From: Candidatus Omnitrophota bacterium
GTDB taxonomy: Bacteria > Omnitrophota > Gorgyraeia > Gygaellales > JAQTUX01
Length of the DNA: 64,000 nucleotides
Direction of reading: 5' to 3'
NCBI GenBank assembly: GCA_028707125.1
Contig: JAQTUX010000001.1
Coordinates: forward strand, 77,639-141,638
In this document: in pieces, positions 28,682 through 36,987 of the stretch
Numbering within the stretch: the stretch's first letter is position 1
Layout: each line of letters begins with the position of its first letter
Translations under genes and position numbers: made by a program
The notes under the pieces: generated by a model
Told to the model about the DNA's origin: nothing
The model's input: the letters and a program-made list of their open reading frames with translations, nothing else
Databases searched by the model: none

Positions 28682-28838
28682 AAGTCAATTTAGCGATAAA
28701 GAAAAAAATGGCCATACTTATGGCAAAACCCAGAATAATGATGGATACGCCCAGGCCCAGTTCAACGAGTATTCCGGTAAAAGACGAATACGCGGACCTT
28801 AAAAATGAGGCGGCTGCTTTAAGGGGATTGAATTTCAT
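28682..28838 (-). CDS. Small hydrophobic ORF of 52 aa between trkH and trkA
   Basis: The minus-strand translation is MKFNPLKAAASFLRSAYSSFTGILVELGLGVSIIILGFAISMAIFFFIAKLT. It has one TM helix and is below the ORF-track length cutoff. It is speculative. Confidence 0.25.
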
Positions 28839-29497
28839 ATCTTGCCGACGAGGCAGCTCAAGAGTTCCTGTTCATTCTTAATAACGGTAAGCGCTACTAT
28901 GTCGTCGCGCGGCTTAAGCACGGTATCTCCCTTGGGCACGATCACCTCATCGCCCCTTATGATGGAAACCAGGACGGAATCAGGGGGGAGCTGTATGTCC
29001 TTAACCGCCTTGTGTATAACTGGTGAATCATCCGGCAGGTCAACTCTTACTATGGTAAGCTTGCCGCGCTTAAAACTCATCAGCGTGACAAAATCCGAGA
29101 AGGACACCTCTTCTTCTATGATCTTTGAGATTATCACTGTGGCGTCTATCGGCACATCCACGCCGAGGTCGTTGAATATATGGTTATTTTTCGGGTCGTT
29201 CACCCGGCCCACGGTCCTCCTGACGCCGAAGCGCTCTTTTGCCACCTGACAGATTATAAGATTATCCTCGTCGTCGCCGGTAACCGCGGCGACTACATCA
29301 GCCCTGTCTGCCCCTGCCTCCCCTAAAAATACCGGGTCGCAGCCGTCGCCGCTTATTATAAGGCAGTCCAGCGACCTGGACATCTCGTCGCATACGGCCT
29401 TATCTTTATCGATCAGGGCTACGGTGTGCTTATCCTCCAAAAGGCGCAGCGCCAGAAAATGCCCTACCTTTCCCGCTCCGACTATGACTATATACAT
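28835..29497 (-). CDS. trkA: Trk system potassium-uptake regulatory protein (RCK_N plus RCK_C)
   Basis: 220 aa. The Rossmann motif is IVIVGAGKVG and a TrkA-C domain is present. Confidence 0.85.
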   Translation of the reverse strand: MYIVIVGAGKVGHFLALRLLEDKHTVALIDKDKAVCDEMSRSLDCLIISGDGCDPVFLGEAGADRADVVAAVTGDDEDNLIICQVAKERFGVRRTVGRVNDPKNNHIFNDLGVDVPIDATVIISKIIEEEVSFSDFVTLMSFKRGKLTIVRVDLPDDSPVIHKAVKDIQLPPDSVLVSIIRGDEVIVPKGDTVLKPRDDIVALTVIKNEQELLSCLVGKI

Positions 29498-29511
29498 AAC
29501 ACCACCTATAA

Positions 29512-30156
29512 TTAGATATTAAAGATCTTACGGACCTTTGCCAAACTCTTGATGCTGACTACCGCCATAAGAATATCGCCAAGCTTAACGCGGGTATCCT
29601 TATCCGGTATAATAACCTCTTTGATCTTCCTGATAGAGGCTATGATCAGCTCTCCCGGTATGTTCAACTCCTCTACCCGCTTATCAACCAGCTCCTTGCC
29701 GGCCTCGATCTCCAAAAGCCCCACGTCCTTGCTTTCTATAAGATACGAACTGAACTTGCTTTCAATTATCTTATCGCGCAGCATTGCCGCGAAAAGCACT
29801 GTGCCGCTGATAATATCGAGCCCCAGCGCCTGATATATATGCGCGCGCGTAGGGTCATAAACGCGGGCGATGACCTTGGGGACATTGAATATCTTTTTTG
29901 CCACCTGGGAGGATACCAGATTAGTGTTATCGCCGTTAGTCACCGCGCAGAATGCCTCTGCCTTATCTATACCCGCTGATTTAAGCACCTTTTCGTCAAA
30001 GCCGCTGCCCACAAGCGTCAGCCCGTTGAACGAACTGCCCAGGCGCGCGAACGCGCCCTCATTCTTATCAATGACTACCACATTATGGCCTTCTGTGGAA
30101 AGAAGGCGCGCCAATTCAGAGCCGACCCTGCCGCAGCCTACGATTATGACATACAT
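29512..30156 (-). CDS. trkA: Second TrkA-type RCK-domain protein
   Basis: 214 aa. The N-terminus is VIIVGCGRVGSELARLL. It is a paralog of the adjacent trkA. Confidence 0.85.
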   Translation of the reverse strand: MYVIIVGCGRVGSELARLLSTEGHNVVVIDKNEGAFARLGSSFNGLTLVGSGFDEKVLKSAGIDKAEAFCAVTNGDNTNLVSSQVAKKIFNVPKVIARVYDPTRAHIYQALGLDIISGTVLFAAMLRDKIIESKFSSYLIESKDVGLLEIEAGKELVDKRVEELNIPGELIIASIRKIKEVIIPDKDTRVKLGDILMAVVSIKSLAKVRKIFNI

Positions 30157-30165
30157 GGTAACCTT

Positions 30166-30221
30166 CCTCTACAGGCTTACGCCTGTAGAATCCTCATTCC
30201 CCACACGTAAGTGTGGGGTCC
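30166..30221 (-). repeat. Dual-hairpin intercistronic element, copy 3. It has a short spacer, lies between rplT and trkA, and supplies the trkA Shine-Dalgarno.
   Basis: Arm 1 is CTACAGGC-TTAC-GCCTGTAG at 30169-30188. Both stem halves changed (CACAC to CAGGC and GTGTG to GCCTG), so pairing is preserved. The spacer is 10 nt. Arm 2 is CCCCACAC-GTAA-GTGTGGGG at 30199-30218. Confidence 0.8.
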
Positions 30222-30223
30222 TT

Positions 30224-30583
30224 TCATTTATTAGGTTTTTCAGTTACTTGCTCCAATATTTTCGCAAACACCTTTGGTTCAGCAGCGGCTAATTCCGCTA
30301 AAATCTTTCTATCAACATTCACTTTTGCTTTCTTCAAAGCGTTCATAAACGCGCTGTAAGTCGTGCCGGCCTCTCTGCAGGCAGCGCTTATACGCGTGAT
30401 CCAAAGCGAGCGGAAAGTGCGCTTCTTTACCTTCCTGCCCTCATAGGCATAAACAAGCGCCCTGTCCAGGGTCCTCTTTGCCTGCTGATACTGCTTGCTC
30501 CTGTCCAGAAAATAACCCTTTGCCTTCTTTAATAATCTCTTCTTTCTTTTATGAGTCGCTACGCTGTGCCTTACCCGTGCCAT
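30224..30583 (-). CDS. rplT: 50S ribosomal protein L20
   Basis: MARVRHSVATHKRKKRLLKKAKGYF… gives a full-length L20 match. Confidence 0.95.
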   Translation of the reverse strand: MARVRHSVATHKRKKRLLKKAKGYFLDRSKQYQQAKRTLDRALVYAYEGRKVKKRTFRSLWITRISAACREAGTTYSAFMNALKKAKVNVDRKILAELAAAEPKVFAKILEQVTEKPNK

Positions 30584-30594
30584 TGAATCCTCCT

Positions 30595-30786
30595 TCAGTG
30601 CAACATAAGCCGTTTAATCTGTTTTTCCATCCTGAAGCTGCCGACATAATCCTTGCGCCTCATACGGCGTTTTCTCTTTGAGCTCTTTTTTGTAAGTATA
30701 TGGCTCTTACCCGCGTGCATATACTTTAACTTCCCTTTTTTAGTAAGCCGAAAACGTTTTGCTACGCCTTTGTGTGTCTTAAACAT
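30595..30786 (-). CDS. rpmI: 50S ribosomal protein L35
   Basis: 63 aa and basic (…[16 protein letters not shown]…). It occupies the conserved position between infC and rplT. Confidence 0.9.
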   Translation of the reverse strand: MFKTHKGVAKRFRLTKKGKLKYMHAGKSHILTKKSSKRKRRMRRKDYVGSFRMEKQIKRLMLH

Positions 30787-30798
30787 AAGTCCCCTCCA

Positions 30799-31305
30799 TT
30801 ACTTTGGCGCGATCACAACCGATAATACCCTGCCTTCCATCATAGGCGGTTTTTCCACCTGCCCGTCCTGCAGGGCATCCTGCATGAATTTATCTATGAC
30901 GCGCCGGCCCAGGTCGCGGTGCTCAAGCTGCCTGCCCCTGAAAAAAAGGTTCACCCTTACCTTGTATTTTTTCTTCAGGAATTCGTTCACATGCTTTAAT
31001 TTGACCTGATAGTCATGCTCGTCTATATTAGGTTTTACCCTGATCTCTTTAATATGAAAGACCCGTTGATGTTTCTTGGCCTCCCGTTCCTTCTTTTCCT
31101 GTTCGTATTTGAACTTGCTGAAATCCATTATCCGGCATACGGGCGGGTTTGCCTGGGGAGCCACCTCAACCAGGTCCAGTTCCTGCTGTATAGCCATCTC
31201 CAGCGCCTGCTTGGAAGCGACAACGCCTAACTGCTGGCCGTCAGCGCCGATAAGCCGCAACTGCGGCGCGCGGATCCTCTCATTGATCCTGATGCTCTTT
31301 TTAAT
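30799..31305 (-). CDS. infC: Translation initiation factor IF-3 with a probable AUU start codon
   Basis: The ORF-track 153-aa ORF begins mid-protein. Extending upstream gives ATT-AAA-AAG… (IKKSIRINERIRAPQLRLIGADGQQ…), which matches the IF-3 N-terminus. It is preceded by AAGGAGGAGGTG with a 7-nt spacer. AUU starts are characteristic of infC. Confidence 0.85.
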   Translation of the reverse strand: MKKSIRINERIRAPQLRLIGADGQQLGVVASKQALEMAIQQELDLVEVAPQANPPVCRIMDFSKFKYEQEKKEREAKKHQRVFHIKEIRVKPNIDEHDYQVKLKHVNEFLKKKYKVRVNLFFRGRQLEHRDLGRRVIDKFMQDALQDGQVEKPPMMEGRVLSVVIAPK

Positions 31306-31322
31306 GACTGACCACCTCCTCC

Positions 31323-33032
31323 TTATTGTGTTTTAAACTCCTCTATGAGCTCTCCGATATTCAGAACCCTCTGTTTCCCCTTCTCCTTTATCCTGCTTCT
31401 AACTGAAACCGTATTTGCCTCTTTCTCTTTCCTGCCCACGACCAGAATGTAGGGCACCTTCTCAACCTCTGCCTCGCGGATCTTCTTGTCCAGCGTTTGA
31501 TTGCGCGAATCCACCTCTACCCTGAAACCGCTTCTCGACAATTCCGCTTGTATGCCCTCCGCGTAACCTGAGATATCTTCCTTGATAGGGATTACGCGCG
31601 CCTGTACCGGCGAAAGCCACAAGGGAAAATCCCCGGCGTAATGTTCGATCAACGCTCCGATAAAGCGCTCAAGGCTGCCCAGCAGGACCCTGTGGAGCAT
31701 TATAACCCGTTTTTCCTTGCCGTCGGCATCAATATAGGTAAGGTCAAAGCGCTCGGGCAGGGCAAAGTCGCACTGGATAGTAGCACACTGCCACTCTCTC
31801 TTCAGGGCGTCCTTTAATTTTATATCGATCTTGGGGCCGTAAAACGCGCCGTCGCCCTCATTTATTTTATACTCTAAGCCCTTATCTTTCAAGGATTCTT
31901 CTAAGGCAGAGGTCGCCCGCTGCCAGTCCTCATCGTTGCCGATGGACTTATCGGGCCGCGTGCTCAGCTCTATGCCCAGATCCTCAAAGCCGAACTTCTT
32001 CATCGTCTCAAAAACAAAATCTATCACCCCTTGTATCTCCGCCTTGAGTTGGGAGTCCCGGCAAAATATATGGGCGTCGTCCTGCGTAAACCCCCTGACT
32101 CTGAGCAGGCCGTGCAAAACGCCGCTTTTTTCATGCCTGTAAACCGTACCCAGTTCAAAGAACCGGATAGGCAGATCTCTGTAACTCCTGGTCTGTGATT
32201 TATATATAAGTATATGCCCCGGGCAGTTCATCGGCTTTAAAATAAATTCCTTATCTTCAACCTTCAACGCGTACATATTCTCTTTATAATAATCATAATG
32301 GCCGCTGGTGCGCCAGAGATCATCCTGCATAATATGCGGGGTTATCACCATTTGATAGCCGCGCTTCTGATGCTCCTGTTTCTCATAATCCTCTATTATC
32401 CGGCGGAGCGCCGCGCCCTTCGGGTGATAGAAGATCAATCCCGCGCCCGCCTTATCGTAATATATATCAAAGAGCCCTAACGCCTTTCCCAGCTTCCGGT
32501 GGTCCCGGTTCTTCGCCTCCTCTAAATTATCCAGGTGCTTCTTAAGCTCATCCTGCGTATTAAAACAGGTGCCGTAGATCCTCTGCAGCATGGGGTTGGT
32601 CTCTATTCCATGCCAGTATGCCCCGGCAACGGAAAGCAGTTTAAACGCCTTGATTCCGCCGGTTGAGTCGATATGCGGCCCGCGGCAGAGATCGACGAAC
32701 TTTTTCCCCGTCCTGTATACCGATACCTCGTCTTCTTTGAGCCCGTTTAACAGCTCAATCTTATAATCTTCTTTTAATTTCCTGAACAGGGCAACCGCGT
32801 CTTTCTTCTTCAGCATTTCCTTTTTAAACGGCTCGTTATCCTTTATGATCCGGCGCATCTTCTCTTCTATCTTCTCCAGGTCTGCCTCCGTAAACGGCTC
32901 TTTCTTATCAAAATCGTAATAAAAACCGTCTTCAATGGAGGGGCCTATGGCTAATTTTACTTCGGGCCAGAGCTCCTTCACCGCCTGCGCCATTATGTGG
33001 GAACAGCTGTGTCTTAAAATATCCAAGTCCAT
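31323..33032 (-). CDS. thrS: Threonine--tRNA ligase, short form lacking the N-terminal TGS domain
   Basis: 569 aa. The N2 editing-domain start is present (…CSHIMAQAV…), together with class II catalytic and anticodon-binding motifs. Confidence 0.9.
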   Translation of the reverse strand: MDLDILRHSCSHIMAQAVKELWPEVKLAIGPSIEDGFYYDFDKKEPFTEADLEKIEEKMRRIIKDNEPFKKEMLKKKDAVALFRKLKEDYKIELLNGLKEDEVSVYRTGKKFVDLCRGPHIDSTGGIKAFKLLSVAGAYWHGIETNPMLQRIYGTCFNTQDELKKHLDNLEEAKNRDHRKLGKALGLFDIYYDKAGAGLIFYHPKGAALRRIIEDYEKQEHQKRGYQMVITPHIMQDDLWRTSGHYDYYKENMYALKVEDKEFILKPMNCPGHILIYKSQTRSYRDLPIRFFELGTVYRHEKSGVLHGLLRVRGFTQDDAHIFCRDSQLKAEIQGVIDFVFETMKKFGFEDLGIELSTRPDKSIGNDEDWQRATSALEESLKDKGLEYKINEGDGAFYGPKIDIKLKDALKREWQCATIQCDFALPERFDLTYIDADGKEKRVIMLHRVLLGSLERFIGALIEHYAGDFPLWLSPVQARVIPIKEDISGYAEGIQAELSRSGFRVEVDSRNQTLDKKIREAEVEKVPYILVVGRKEKEANTVSVRSRIKEKGKQRVLNIGELIEEFKTQ

Positions 33033-33142
33033 AATTTATTTTGCTTAGGTACTGTGCTCACTGCCTCGCTTGTCGCTGATGTTAGGCACTACGCTCGCTA
33101 CGGCGCTTGTCGCGCCGTTTAACGCTCGCTTTAGTGCCATTT

Positions 33143-33168
33143 AAAAAATCCTTGTCGGATTTTTTAAA
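33143..33168 (-). terminator. Bidirectional intrinsic-terminator-like hairpin downstream of the tRNA-Val/Leu/Cys cluster
   Basis: AAAAAATCC-ttgtc-GGATTTTTT is a 9-bp stem flanked by an A-tract and a T-tract, directly 3' of tRNA-Val on the minus strand. Confidence 0.55.
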
Positions 33169-33242
33169 TGGGCCCAAGAGGACTCGAACCTCTGACCTTT
33201 TCCATGTCAAGGAAACGCTCTAACCAACTGAGCTATGAGCCC
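33169..33242 (-). tRNA. tRNA-Val (anticodon GAC)
   Basis: A manual cloverleaf was built: acceptor GGGCTCA/TGGGCCC, anticodon stem TTTCC/GGAAA with loop TTGACAT, and T-arm AGAGG-TTCGAGT-CCTCT. CCA is not encoded. Confidence 0.8.
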
Positions 33243-33260
33243 GTAATTTTAATCCTGAAA

Positions 33261-33343
33261 TGGGCAAGGAGGGAGTCGAACCCTCACGACCTTGCAGCCA
33301 ACAGATTTTAAGTCTGTCGTGTATGCCATTCCACCACTTGCCC
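33261..33343 (-). tRNA. tRNA-Leu (anticodon TAA), type II with a long variable arm
   Basis: Acceptor GGGCAAG/CTTGCCC, anticodon stem ACAGA/TCTGT with loop CTTAAAA, a long variable arm, and T-arm GAGGG-TTCGACT-CCCTC. Confidence 0.8.
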
Positions 33344-33371
33344 GATTTTAAATCCCACTTAGCTAAATTTA

Positions 33372-33443
33372 AGGCGTGGACCGGATTTGAACCGGTGAAT
33401 AGCGGTTTTGCAGACCGCTGCCTTGCCGCTTGGCTACCACGCC
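33372..33443 (-). tRNA. tRNA-Cys (anticodon GCA)
   Basis: Acceptor GGCGTGG/CCACGCC with discriminator U, anticodon stem GCGGT/ACCGC with loop CTGCAAA, and T-arm ACCGG-TTCAAAT-CCGGT. Confidence 0.8.
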
Positions 33444-33445
33444 AT

Positions 33446-33985
33446 CTATTTCAAAGCCCTTTTTACCTCTTCCGTGATCTTCTCAACGTCCTCAAGGCAG
33501 CCGATACCGACCTTGCCGCAGGCAAGCTCTCCCTTACGCGGATGGATCATCTTATAGCCGAACGAACGCAGCTTATCTATGTTGTCCTGGACCGCCTTGT
33601 GTTCATACATATTCTCATTCATTGCCGCGGCGATAAACACCGGCGCCTTTGTGGCCAGGGCCACACAAGTAAGCAGATCATCGCATATACCTGAGGCAAG
33701 CTTACCTATTATATTAGCTGTGGCAGGCACGATCAGCAAGGCATCGGCCTTTTCCGCCAGCGCGATGTGTTGAACGTCCCAGATGTCGGGGACTTCAAAC
33801 ATATCCTGATAGACCTTGCGGCCGGAGAGCGCCTGGAATGTAAGCGGCCTGACAAATTCTCCCGCCTCCTTTGTCATTACGCAGGTTACGCCTATGCCGC
33901 TTTTTTTGAACGACCTTACAATATCCGCGGCTTTATACGCCGCTATGCCGCCGCAGATGCCGACAATAACCTCTTTAGTTTTCAT
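33446..33985 (-). CDS. coaC: Phosphopantothenoylcysteine decarboxylase-type HFCD flavoprotein, stand-alone without a CoaB domain
   Basis: 179 aa. Flavoprotein motifs are present (VGICGGIAAYKAADIVR…LLIVPATANIIGKLASGICDDLLT…PAMNENMYEH). The position 3' of gmk-rpoZ is conserved. No CoaB domain follows; a tRNA follows instead. Confidence 0.7.
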   Translation of the reverse strand: MKTKEVIVGICGGIAAYKAADIVRSFKKSGIGVTCVMTKEAGEFVRPLTFQALSGRKVYQDMFEVPDIWDVQHIALAEKADALLIVPATANIIGKLASGICDDLLTCVALATKAPVFIAAAMNENMYEHKAVQDNIDKLRSFGYKMIHPRKGELACGKVGIGCLEDVEKITEEVKRALK

Positions 33986-33996
33986 CTATGCCGTCC

Positions 33997-34197
33997 TTAT
34001 TTACCGCCCTTTGCGCACTTTATCCTGCCTTCGCTTATCTCCTGCAGCGCGGCCGCTATCGGCTTGACGGCCCCAACAGCTCCGGACAGCAGCGGAGCGC
34101 CTTCCGCGATCTCCAGCGCCCTTCTCGCGGCCAAAATAACCAACTTATACATTGAGTAATTCGTCTTATCCAGCAGATTTTCTAACGCCACTTGCAT
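33997..34197 (-). CDS. rpoZ: DNA-directed RNA polymerase subunit omega
   Basis: 66 aa. …NYSMYKLVILAARRALEI… matches the RpoZ core. It is immediately downstream of gmk. Confidence 0.75.
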   Translation of the reverse strand: MQVALENLLDKTNYSMYKLVILAARRALEIAEGAPLLSGAVGAVKPIAAALQEISEGRIKCAKGGK

Positions 34198-34210
34198 ATA
34201 CCCCCCCCGT

Positions 34211-34786
34211 TTAGCCCTTTTTACCTCTTGATTGGTAACTTTTAATTATATCCAATAATTGCCTGGTTGCCAAGTCAATATTGGCATTTTCTATGACGTG
34301 GTCGTAACGGCCGGAGAATTTCAGTTCCCTTCTTGCTTCCTTCAGCCGCTTAAGCACCTCGGGCCTGGTCGTCTTATGTGAACGTTTTGTGATCCTGTTC
34401 TCCAACTCCCCTATCGAGGGAGGGACAATAAAGATCGTGACTGTCGCGGCGGGGTATTGCCGCTTAAAAGAAGACGCCCCTTTTATGTCGCGGCACAGTA
34501 TTATATCCCTGCCCATATGGATAAGATCGTCTATCTCCTTCCTCGGCGTGCCGTAGAGCCCGTCCAGAAACTTTGTCCATTCAAGCAGCTCCCCCTTCTT
34601 TATTTTCCCGCGAAACTCCTCCTCACTGATAAAAAGGTAATCCGCGCCGTCCTGTTCGTTATGCCTGGGAGGGCGGCTGGTAAAAGACAGGGGCCTGGCC
34701 AGCTTTTTAGGCAGGCCCGCCTTCAGGGCGTTATCTACCAGGGTTGTCTTGCCGGAGCCGGAAGGTCCTGAAACTATGAATATCAT
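34211..34786 (-). CDS. gmk: Guanylate kinase
   Basis: 191 aa. The P-loop is IVSGPSGSGKTTL and guanylate-kinase motifs are present. Confidence 0.9.
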   Translation of the reverse strand: MIFIVSGPSGSGKTTLVDNALKAGLPKKLARPLSFTSRPPRHNEQDGADYLFISEEEFRGKIKKGELLEWTKFLDGLYGTPRKEIDDLIHMGRDIILCRDIKGASSFKRQYPAATVTIFIVPPSIGELENRITKRSHKTTRPEVLKRLKEARRELKFSGRYDHVIENANIDLATRQLLDIIKSYQSRGKKG

Positions 34787-35604
34787 TCTACGTTCTGCAG
34801 CTGCTCTCTTATCTTCTCAATCTCACTTTTGATGCTGACCACGCTTGATGATATAAGCGCGTCTATTGATTTGGCGCCGGTGGTATTCGCCTCTCTTTGT
34901 ATTTCCTGCGCGATAAAATCCAGTTCTTTGCCGCTTACGCTGTCCCTGCAGAGGTTACGAAGGAAATTCTTAAGATGGTGCTTGATCCTTACCAGTTCCT
35001 CCGTTATGTCGGAATTCTTTATAAAGGCGCTTTGCTCTTCCGGCGTCTTTAATCTCTTCACCCTGCTTTCCACTACCTTTTTAAAGCGCGACTCTATTGA
35101 TCCCGCCAGCCGGCTGACCCTCTCTATCCTGTGAGTCAGGTCCGACTTTATTGTCTTGCCCTCCCTGCAGCGCATTCCCGCGAGATCATCCAGCGCCTTG
35201 ACAACAAGCGCGGTTATGGCCGACGACAATTTACTCTTGTCATTATGCTCTTCGTATACGTTCAACACGCCGGGCAGGGCAAGAAGCGAACCCGCGTCAA
35301 AGGTCGCCGCGAATCCCGCTTCCTTACTCAGCGATTTTATTTCCCTGGCATAGTGGCGGATAGCCGATTCGTTCAGGACTATCCGCTGTTCAGGCCTGCC
35401 TGTGATGTTTACGGCCGCCACCACCCTGCCGCGCTTTAATTTCGCGGCTATAATATTCCTTAGGTTGTCCTCCAGATAGTAAAACCCGTCGGGCAAATGG
35501 AAGACGATTTCCAAAAACCTGTGGTTGGTGCTTCTTATTTCCAGGGAAACCTCGGAAGCGCCCGCCTTGCCTTTTGCCGACCCAAAACCGGTCATACCTT
35601 TCAT
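34783..35604 (-). CDS. yicC: YicC-family protein
   Basis: 273 aa. MTGFG…STNHRFLE… is the YicC N-domain, and a DUF1732 C-terminal region follows. The yicC-gmk-rpoZ synteny is conserved. Confidence 0.85.
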   Translation of the reverse strand: MKGMTGFGSAKGKAGASEVSLEIRSTNHRFLEIVFHLPDGFYYLEDNLRNIIAAKLKRGRVVAAVNITGRPEQRIVLNESAIRHYAREIKSLSKEAGFAATFDAGSLLALPGVLNVYEEHNDKSKLSSAITALVVKALDDLAGMRCREGKTIKSDLTHRIERVSRLAGSIESRFKKVVESRVKRLKTPEEQSAFIKNSDITEELVRIKHHLKNFLRNLCRDSVSGKELDFIAQEIQREANTTGAKSIDALISSSVVSIKSEIEKIREQLQNVE

Positions 35605-35635
35605 GCTATAGCTCCTTCGTATAATCGAAAATTAT

Positions 35636-36142
35636 TTACGCCCAGACCGCCTCTTTTTTTTCTTTTACCACCGCGTCTTTTTTAGGATAGAGCTCCACTA
35701 TGACCTCGTCCGGGGAAAACCACAGCTTGATCTCCCTTTCCGCGTCCTCTTCATTGGCAGAGACATGCACGACGTTTTCATACATCCCCGATGTGGTTAT
35801 CCTGCCGTAAGAGCCCCTTATGGTAGTCGGCTCCGCCTCTTCGGGATTAGTAGTACCTGCCAGCTCCCTTACCTTCGGTATGGCACCGGGACCCCAATAT
35901 ATAAGCGCCATGACTTTTTTTCTGTCGTGAAGTTCCCCCTGTATATACTTCATAAGGTCGGGGAAAAACGGCTCATCCTTAAGGTGCTGATAATGTGTTT
36001 CCGCTAATTCCCGGCTCACCCTGACCATTTTCGCGGCTACGATCTCAAGCTTGGTCTCAGAAAGCCGGGTCAAGATATTGCCTGTCAGCGACTTCTTTAA
36101 TCCGTCCGGTTTTATAAGGACTAATGTTGCCTGATTTTTCAT
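35636..36142 (-). CDS. ndk: Nucleoside diphosphate kinase
   Basis: 168 aa. …LVLIKPDG… and NVVHVS (the active-site His region) are present. Confidence 0.85.
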   Translation of the reverse strand: MKNQATLVLIKPDGLKKSLTGNILTRLSETKLEIVAAKMVRVSRELAETHYQHLKDEPFFPDLMKYIQGELHDRKKVMALIYWGPGAIPKVRELAGTTNPEEAEPTTIRGSYGRITTSGMYENVVHVSANEEDAEREIKLWFSPDEVIVELYPKKDAVVKEKKEAVWA

Positions 36143-36987
36143 TTTTTCATTACCCCCAATATTCTCTCAAGATCTTCATCTGAATAGAACTCTATTATGA
36201 TCCTGCCCCTTTTTTTGTTCCTCATCAACCTTACCTTTGTGCCCAACGCCTGCTGTAACAACTCCTCTAACTGTCTTAAAAAAGGGCTCGCCGCGGACGC
36301 TGCCTTTGCCCTTCTGTGCTTTAACGGCTTCTTAAATCTGATCACGTTCTCTAACTCCCTGACGGACAATGCCTTAGCAATAATATCCTGCGCTAACCTT
36401 CTTATCAGATTTTCATCCTCTATTTCTAACAGCGCCTTGCCGTGGCCAAAAGAAATACGCCCTTTCTTGATCTCGTCCTGCACTTCTTTAGGTAACTTCA
36501 ATAACCGCAATGAGTTAGCAATAGAGGTGCGTGACTTGCCCACTACCTTGCTGATTTTTTCCTGCGTAAATTCAAACTTATTTATCAAAAGTTGATAGGC
36601 GCGCGCCTCTTCCAGAGGATTTAATTCCTGCCTCTGTATATTTTCAATAAGAGAAATTTCCAGGGACTCCCTGTCTTCAATATCCTTGATTATTACTGGT
36701 ATCTCCTTTATTTGCAATAGTTTAGCTGCTCGCCACCTCCTTTCTCCGGCAATCAGTTCAAAATTATCCGCCTTTCTTCTAACTAATATCGGCTGAATAA
36801 CCCCTTTCTCTCTAATGGAGCTGACCAGGTCCTGCAGCTCCTCCTGATTAAAATCCTCGCGTGGTTGAAATGGATTTGGCTTGATCCTGTCAATATCCAC
36901 AAAAAGGACTATTTCTTTAGACGTATCTATCTTTTGCTCAGGTATCAATGCGCTCAATCCTCGGCCCAACACTTTTCTTTCTATCAT
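36139..36987 (-). CDS. parB: Chromosome partitioning protein ParB/Spo0J
   Basis: 282 aa. It has the ParB box (GERRWRAAK), a helix-turn-helix and a C-terminal dimerisation domain. Confidence 0.85.
   Translation of the reverse strand: MIERKVLGRGLSALIPEQKIDTSKEIVLFVDIDRIKPNPFQPREDFNQEELQDLVSSIREKGVIQPILVRRKADNFELIAGERRWRAAKLLQIKEIPVIIKDIEDRESLEISLIENIQRQELNPLEEARAYQLLINKFEFTQEKISKVVGKSRTSIANSLRLLKLPKEVQDEIKKGRISFGHGKALLEIEDENLIRRLAQDIIAKALSVRELENVIRFKKPLKHRRAKAASAASPFLRQLEELLQQALGTKVRLMRNKKRGRIIIEFYSDEDLERILGVMKK

Noticed and set aside
33033-33168. T-box riboswitch upstream of thrS
   Set aside because: The leader is only ~135 nt with no specifier-loop or antiterminator architecture. It is too short for a T-box.
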